This document shows positions 45,746 through 50,871 of a stretch of 50,871 bases of DNA, one piece after another. The stretch comes from Desulfocapsa sp. (GTDB lineage: Bacteria; Desulfobacterota; Desulfobulbia; Desulfobulbales; Desulfocapsaceae): NCBI GenBank assembly GCA_029932055.1, contig JAOZQU010000001.1, forward strand, positions 1 to 50,871, read 5' to 3'. A program made the position numbers and the translations under genes. The notes below the pieces were generated by a model that was not told where the DNA came from, made no database searches, and worked only from the letters and a program-made list of their open reading frames with translations. Each line of letters begins with the position of its first letter. Position 1 is the first letter of the stretch.

Positions 45746-46555
45746 ATGATTAATGTAATTGTTGCAGGCGCTGCCGGAAGAATGGGGCAGCGCATTGGAT
45801 ATATGGTTTCAGAGCATCCTGAACTCAACTATGCTGGAGCCTTTGAGGCTCCAGGAAGTCCGGCAATAGGCCGTGATCCCGGTGAAATGGGTGGTTGGGG
45901 TAGTGCGGGCGTTACCATCGAAGAAGGGCTTGAAGCTGTGATTGATAAAGGTGATGTGATTATCGATTTCACCTTTCACAAGGCAACCATGGCGTTTGCC
46001 AAGGTTGCAGCAGCACATAAAACAGCTATGGTTATTGGTACCACCGGTCTTTCCGCCGACAACCTGGAAGAGCTGAAAACCCTTGCTGCTGATTTTCCCT
46101 GTGTACAGGCACCGAACATGGCAGTGGGAGTGAATGTGCTTTTTAAACTTGCAGCCAAAACTGCTTCTATTCTTGGAGATGATTATAATATTGAAATTGT
46201 AGAGCTGCATCATAACAAGAAAAAGGATGCACCATCCGGTACTGCCCTCAAACTTGCTGAAATGGCAGCTTCAGGGGTAAACAGAGATCTGGCAAAAGTT
46301 GGCGTCTATGAGCGAAACGGCATAATTGGTGAGCGCACTGTTGAAGAGATTGGGGTGCAGACCGTCCGTGGTGGTGATATCGTGGGTGAGCATACCATCT
46401 ATTTTTGTGGTCCGGGAGAGCGTATTGAAATAACCCACCGTGCTCACAGTCGTGATAACTTTGCTCAGGGAGCAGCTAAGGCCGCAGCCTGGGTAGCTGG
46501 CAAAGAGGCTGGGCTTTATACCATGTTTGATGTTCTTGGACTTCAGGATTTATAG
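45746..46555 (+). CDS. dapB: 4-hydroxy-tetrahydrodipicolinate reductase
   Basis: GAAGRMG, GTTG, ELHHNKKKDAPSGTA. Confidence 0.97.
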   Translation: MINVIVAGAAGRMGQRIGYMVSEHPELNYAGAFEAPGSPAIGRDPGEMGGWGSAGVTIEEGLEAVIDKGDVIIDFTFHKATMAFAKVAAAHKTAMVIGTTGLSADNLEELKTLAADFPCVQAPNMAVGVNVLFKLAAKTASILGDDYNIEIVELHHNKKKDAPSGTALKLAEMAASGVNRDLAKVGVYERNGIIGERTVEEIGVQTVRGGDIVGEHTIYFCGPGERIEITHRAHSRDNFAQGAAKAAAWVAGKEAGLYTMFDVLGLQDL

Positions 46556-46586
46556 TGCCTTACTCCCCATTTATTCGGGCTAGGGA

Positions 46587-47120
46587 TTGAGCAAGAGAAC
46601 ACGGGCATGGATTGGGCTGGGATCAAATCTTGGTGACAGTCGAACCATCCTGCAACAGGCCTGGCAGGGTCTGGGACAGGAGAAAGCCATAATCCTTATT
46701 ACCCTTTCTTCTCCTTATGTTACAGAGCCTGTGGGAATGGAAAGTGAACACCTTTTCCTGAATGCTATAGGTATTCTTGAAACTAGCCTTACTCCTGAGT
46801 CACTCCTCCCTCTGCTGCAGCAGGTAGAATTGGGGTTTGGCCGCAACAAAAAGACAGGAGCAGATGGGTATCAGGATCGCCTGCTGGATTTGGATATTCT
46901 TTATTATGGTGATCAGGTGTTATCTTCCAGTGATCTGAACCTACCCCATCCCCATATCGCAGACAGGCTTTTTGTTTTGGCACCCCTTACAGAGATCGAT
47001 CCCGACCACAGCGATCCTCTCACAGGGAAGACTGCTGAGAGCATGCAGCATGAGCTGTTGCAACGAATGAAAAGTGGTGAAATAGCTTTTCAAGAGATTA
47101 ATCGTGATATCTGGTTTTAA
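46587..47120 (+). CDS. folK: 2-amino-4-hydroxy-6-hydroxymethyldihydropteridine diphosphokinase
   Basis: IGLGSNLG, FLNA, R.LDLDIL, LPHP...RLFVL.PL. Confidence 0.93.
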   Translation: MSKRTRAWIGLGSNLGDSRTILQQAWQGLGQEKAIILITLSSPYVTEPVGMESEHLFLNAIGILETSLTPESLLPLLQQVELGFGRNKKTGADGYQDRLLDLDILYYGDQVLSSSDLNLPHPHIADRLFVLAPLTEIDPDHSDPLTGKTAESMQHELLQRMKSGEIAFQEINRDIWF

Positions 47121-47163
47121 AAATCAATCGACTTTTTCAAAAATTTGATAGTATACTATTCTT

Positions 47164-47451
47164 GTGATCCCTATGAAATTACTTGTTATAGCTATTCTTC
47201 TGTACATCGGATACAGATTGATAATTGGTGACTGGAAAAAGAAGAAAACAAACAGAGAAGAAAATACTGATCAGGATAGGCAGGATGATAGCACGATAAC
47301 AGATGTGCTGGTTGAAGACCCTGTCTGTCATAAATTAGTTCCCAAGCAGCAGGCTATTCGTCTGAAACATAAAACTAAAGAAGAAATAATTTATTTCTGC
47401 AGCGAAGAATGCTGTAAACAATTTGTCAGTCAAGAAGGAGACAAAGAATGA
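47164..47451 (+). CDS. YHS/TRASH-domain membrane-anchored small protein
   Basis: N-terminal TM helix; DPVC...YFCSEEC. Confidence 0.8.
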   Translation: MIPMKLLVIAILLYIGYRLIIGDWKKKKTNREENTDQDRQDDSTITDVLVEDPVCHKLVPKQQAIRLKHKTKEEIIYFCSEECCKQFVSQEGDKE

Positions 47452-48092
47452 AGTTTTTTATAGATACTGCCAATCTCGAACAGATCAAGAAAGGTGTGGA
47501 GATGGGTATGGTTGATGGCGTGACCACCAATCCTTCACTCATTGCAAAAGAAGACAAGCCTTTTGAACAGATTTTGAAAGAAATCGTGGCGGTTGTGGAT
47601 GGCCCTATCAGTGCTGAAGTTGTGAGTCTTGAAGCGGATGCTATGGTTGAAGAGGCCAAGGTGCTCTCAGCCATGAGTGACAACATCGTAATCAAGATTC
47701 CCATGATCATTGAAGGTATCAAGGCAGTTAAACAGTTGACTGCCCTTGGCATCAAAACCAACGTGACCTTAATTTTTTCTGCTGCTCAGGCGCTTCTTGC
47801 AGCAAAGGCAGGTGCTACCTATGTCAGCCCATTTGTTGGGCGTCTTGATGATATCGGCACCCCTGGAATGGATCTGGTGAATGAGATTATGTCGATATTT
47901 CGTAACTATGGAATGCAAACAGAGGTGATTGTGGCAAGTGTCAGAAGCCCGCAGCATGTTATGGACTCCGCTGCCATTGGAGCTGATATTGCAACCATTC
48001 CTCTGAAGGTTATTGAGCAACTTGCAAAACATCCACTTACCGATATCGGTATTGAACAGTTTCTGGCTGATTGGGAAAAACGAAAAAAATAA
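47448..48092 (+). CDS. tal: Transaldolase (short type)
   Basis: [25 protein letters not shown] (Phe, transaldolase type rather than FSA Tyr). Confidence 0.9.
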   Translation: MKFFIDTANLEQIKKGVEMGMVDGVTTNPSLIAKEDKPFEQILKEIVAVVDGPISAEVVSLEADAMVEEAKVLSAMSDNIVIKIPMIIEGIKAVKQLTALGIKTNVTLIFSAAQALLAAKAGATYVSPFVGRLDDIGTPGMDLVNEIMSIFRNYGMQTEVIVASVRSPQHVMDSAAIGADIATIPLKVIEQLAKHPLTDIGIEQFLADWEKRKK

Positions 48093-48112
48093 GATTGGCA
48101 GTGGGCTGATTT

Positions 48113-48778
48113 ATGGGAAAAACGATCAGATTTTTGAGTGTACTCTCCGCTGTGATGCTGATTTTTTCATTGCAGGCGGAATTAAACGCTGAGGTGTATA
48201 TCTGCGTCGATGCAAGCGGTAAAACGCAGTACACCAATATGAACAGCTCAGGAAACTGTCGTCCTTTAAGAAAACGTATCGGAATCACCAAAAGACCGGG
48301 CTCCCGAAGTAGTACCCGGCAGGCGACCTCTTTTCGTGAGCGCAGGCAGGCTACTTCTTCGTCCTATGATCACTATATCAGTCGATCCAGTCGTCGTTAT
48401 AATGTTGACCCTTTTCTGATAAAAGCAGTGATTAAGGCCGAATCAGACTTTGATTGCTATGCTCTTTCGAAAGTAGGTGCCCAGGGACTGATGCAGCTCA
48501 TGCCGGCGACCGCAAAGGAACTCAAGGTTCGAAATCCTTTTAATCCCCATGAGAATATTGATGGTGGAACCAGGTATCTGCGGAGTATGCTGGATCTGTT
48601 TGATGGGAATATCCCGCTCAGCCTTGCCGCATACAACGCAGGACCAACACTGGTCATGCGCTTGCAGAGGATTCCCCGAATTCCGGAAACCATCAATTAT
48701 GTGAAAAAGGTACTTGGGTATTACAAGGGCTACCTGCCGCAGTCATCGATTCGACTTGCCGCAAATAATAGGAAATGA
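48113..48778 (+). CDS. Lytic transglycosylase (SLT) with small N-terminal domain
   Basis: AESDF, GAQGLMQLMP, AAYNAG, ET..YV. Confidence 0.92.
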   Translation: MGKTIRFLSVLSAVMLIFSLQAELNAEVYICVDASGKTQYTNMNSSGNCRPLRKRIGITKRPGSRSSTRQATSFRERRQATSSSYDHYISRSSRRYNVDPFLIKAVIKAESDFDCYALSKVGAQGLMQLMPATAKELKVRNPFNPHENIDGGTRYLRSMLDLFDGNIPLSLAAYNAGPTLVMRLQRIPRIPETINYVKKVLGYYKGYLPQSSIRLAANNRK

Positions 48779-48800
48779 AAGAAATGAATAAAGGCAACGT

Positions 48801-49361
48801 ATGAAGCAACTAATGACCTGGCCAAACCTCCTGACTGGAATGCGGCTTGTCATGATTCCCGTGATGGTGGTTTTGCTCATGCGGGAACAGACGACTCTTA
48901 TTGCCTTTCTGGCCTGGTTTGTTTTTTCCCTGGCCGCCTTCACAGATTGGCTGGATGGGTATCTGGCCCGTAAGTTTGAGTGCGAATCGGTTTTGGGACA
49001 ACTCATGGATCCACTCGCTGATAAACTTTTGGTGACTGCTGCTTTGATTATGCTTATCCCCTTGGGCCGTATACCTGCCTGGGTTTGTCTGGTCATTATC
49101 AGTCGTGAGATTTTTATCACCGGACTTCGTGGTCTTGCCGCATCTACCGGAAAAGTTGTTGCTGCAGATAATATTGGAAAAATTAAAAGTAATTTTCAAT
49201 ATTTTGGTGCCGGGTTTCTTATTTTCCCGTTGGGTCTCCTTCCAATTCCCTACCAGTATGGGATTGGAATGACACTGGTTTATATCTCCCTTGCCTTGAG
49301 CCTCTGGTCTGCTGCGGCCTACACATACAAATTGCGTGATATTTTTATTGAGACTTCCTGA
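48801..49361 (+). CDS. pgsA: CDP-diacylglycerol--glycerol-3-phosphate 3-phosphatidyltransferase
   Basis: PNLLT..R, TDWLDGYLAR...G..MDPLADK. Confidence 0.95.
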   Translation: MKQLMTWPNLLTGMRLVMIPVMVVLLMREQTTLIAFLAWFVFSLAAFTDWLDGYLARKFECESVLGQLMDPLADKLLVTAALIMLIPLGRIPAWVCLVIISREIFITGLRGLAASTGKVVAADNIGKIKSNFQYFGAGFLIFPLGLLPIPYQYGIGMTLVYISLALSLWSAAAYTYKLRDIFIETS

Positions 49362-49424
49362 ATGCCATTTTTCTTGACAGTTTAGCTGCAGTTACGGTAT
49401 TACTCTTCTGTCCATTCCAAATGT

Positions 49425-49511
49425 GCCGGAGTGGTGAAACTGGTAGACGCACTGGACTCAAAATCCAGCGGGAGTAATCCCATGTCGGTTCGATTCCGAC
49501 CTCCGGCACCA
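49425..49511 (+). tRNA. tRNA-Leu (CAA)
   Basis: GCCGGAG acceptor stem, anticodon arm CTGGA-CTCAAAA-TCCAG, long variable arm, GTTCGATTC T-loop, encoded CCA. TTGACA upstream at 49374. Confidence 0.97.
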
Positions 49512-49519
49512 TAAAAAAT

Positions 49520-49560
49520 AAGGCTTTGTCCCAGTAATAGCGGGGTAAAGCCTTTTTTTG
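49520..49560 (+). terminator. Terminator after tRNA-Leu
   Basis: AAGGCTTT...AAAGCCTT stem followed by a T-tract. Confidence 0.7.
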
Positions 49561-49706
49561 TTGCCTTCTGGATTTCCCATGCCTATTTGCGATATGGCTT
49601 TTAACGATCACATGACGACTGCATCCGGCGTCTTTTACCGCAGGAAAGCAATTGAGTCCATCAGATAGAAGCGAAGTACCTGGAAAGAGATGGCTTTTAG
49701 CCAAGT

Positions 49707-49940
49707 TTACTGTACCCCAATATTGCTGACCAGGGTGACATACTCAACATCATCATTTAGAGGGATATGTGCCATATTCTTGGAAAAGGTGATCGTCAGT
49801 TGTTTGTTTAACGATTGCTCCTCTGCATCATTTAAAGGAACAGTTTCATTCCCTGTTGGCGAAACTGTATTAATTATGAGCCCTTTTGAAGCACGCTCAG
49901 ACCAGTTCCCGGCCTCGTCCCTCTCCTGTATAAGTGAACA
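49707..49940 (-). pseudogene. Possible C-terminal remnant of an Ig-like surface protein gene cut by the RAYT element
   Basis: QERDEAGNWS and LTITFS resemble bacterial Ig-like repeats. The fragment begins right at the element TIR. Confidence 0.4.
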
Positions 49941-49941
49941 G

Positions 49942-50862
49942 GGGTCAGGTCTTGAAATGTCAGATATCCTGTGATACACTCATTTTATGGCAAGACCACT
50001 AAGAATAGAATATCCAGGAGCAGTTTATCATCTTACTTCCCGAGGCAATGCCAGGAATAATATTTTCCAGGATGACACTGATAGGATCGCCTTTTTGAAG
50101 GTTCTGGAAAGCGTTATAGCAAAATACCATTGGCTGTGTCATGCTTATTGCTTGTTGGATAACCACTATCACCTGCTGGTAGAAACCCCGGATCCTAATC
50201 TTTCCCTTGGAATGCGTCAACTTAATGGTGTGTATACACAGAGGTTCAATCATCGACATAATCGTGTTGGTCATGTATTCCAAGGACGATTCAAATCGAT
50301 ACTTGTTGCGAAAGATGAACATCTTCTTGAGCTTTGCAGGTATGTTGTTTTGAATCCGGTGCGTGCAACTATGGTAGACAATCCAAAGGAATGGGACTGG
50401 AGCAGTTATCGGGCTACCGCATATTTTGTTAAAACCCCAGACTTTTTATCCGTGGACTGGATTCTTGGTCAATTTGCACAGACAAGGAATGAAGCTCGCA
50501 AGATGTACAGAAGATTTGTTGCTGATAGCCTGATGAGGCCAAAGGAGACTCCTTGGAAAAAACTTGTAGGTCAGATCGTCTTTGGCGGGAAGGAGTTTGT
50601 AGTTGATATCCAAAGCCGACTCAGTGAGGTGAAAGAAATTGGTGAAATTCCGAGAGCCCAGAGATTTCCCGGCAGACCTCAGCTGGATATCCTTTTTTCC
50701 AAACAGGAAAGAGAGGATAGGGTAGCTCGAAATAAACAGATCGAGATCGCCCATCTCCAGCATGGTTATACCTTAAAAGAAATAGCCGACGAACTGAGGC
50801 TTCACTACACTACCGTAAGCAAAGTCATAAAAGCAAAAAAGTAATTTTTCAAGACCTGACCC
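49942..50862 (+). mobile_element. IS-like unit: Y1/RAYT gene between 16-bp terminal inverted repeats
   Basis: GGGTCAGGTCTTGAAA (49942-49957) and TTTCAAGACCTGACCC (50847-50862). Confidence 0.85.
49987..50844 (+). CDS. REP-associated tyrosine transposase (RAYT, Y1 HUH) with C-terminal HTH
   Basis: MARPLR, YH.TSRGN, NHYHLL (HUH), GHVFQGRF, YVVLNPVRA, WSSY, C-terminal LKEIA..L..HYTTVS. Confidence 0.93.
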   Translation: MARPLRIEYPGAVYHLTSRGNARNNIFQDDTDRIAFLKVLESVIAKYHWLCHAYCLLDNHYHLLVETPDPNLSLGMRQLNGVYTQRFNHRHNRVGHVFQGRFKSILVAKDEHLLELCRYVVLNPVRATMVDNPKEWDWSSYRATAYFVKTPDFLSVDWILGQFAQTRNEARKMYRRFVADSLMRPKETPWKKLVGQIVFGGKEFVVDIQSRLSEVKEIGEIPRAQRFPGRPQLDILFSKQEREDRVARNKQIEIAHLQHGYTLKEIADELRLHYTTVSKVIKAKK

Positions 50863-50871
50863 TTATGTTTT

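Noticed and set aside
34726-46555. lptC/kdsCD missing before lptA, and argC/argJ missing from the arg-lys cluster
   Set aside because: Ordinary gene-order variation; the genes are probably elsewhere in the genome.
49345-49704. 119-aa minus-strand ORF
   Set aside because: It is an antisense read of tRNA-Leu (MVPEVGIEPT is a typical artefact).

Overview
Bacterial chromosomal window, most consistent with an anaerobic Desulfobulbales-like deltaproteobacterium (inferred from gene content and protein style, not from a search). The right part (about 32.5-49.5 kb) is housekeeping: lptA-lptB-rpoN, argB-D-F-G-H, a FN3 lipoprotein, lysA-dapF-dapA-dapB, folK, tal, a lytic transglycosylase, pgsA and tRNA-Leu(CAA). 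It is followed by a TIR-bounded RAYT-type element. The left part is accessory-rich. (i) A GTP-type PEP carboxykinase runs off the left edge, next to a pseudouridine synthase-rRNA methyltransferase fusion. (ii) A GC-richer island with a sigma54 promoter (about 3.9-10.7 kb) encodes a surface vWA protein, a secreted unknown protein, a stand-alone copy of a subtilase propeptide, the S8 protease, and a TIR stub fused in frame to the 3' remnant of a group II intron. (iii) A LolCDE/LolA-like ABC operon follows. (iv) A duplicated two-gene membrane microprotein module, each copy with its own sigma54 promoter, phased upstream motifs and terminator, is interleaved with two CLC anion transporters (one with a Pro selectivity filter), a small siroheme/4Fe-4S reductase, a signal-peptide NifB/NifX protein and an HAO-family octaheme cytochrome. 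(v) c-di-GMP and histidine kinase genes, a lipoprotein/DUF4105-like pair and a WYL regulator abutting rpoN complete this part. Several MITE/REP-like elements lie in intergenic DNA. The best candidates for undescribed systems are (iv) and (ii). All family calls are from motif recognition; no searches were run.
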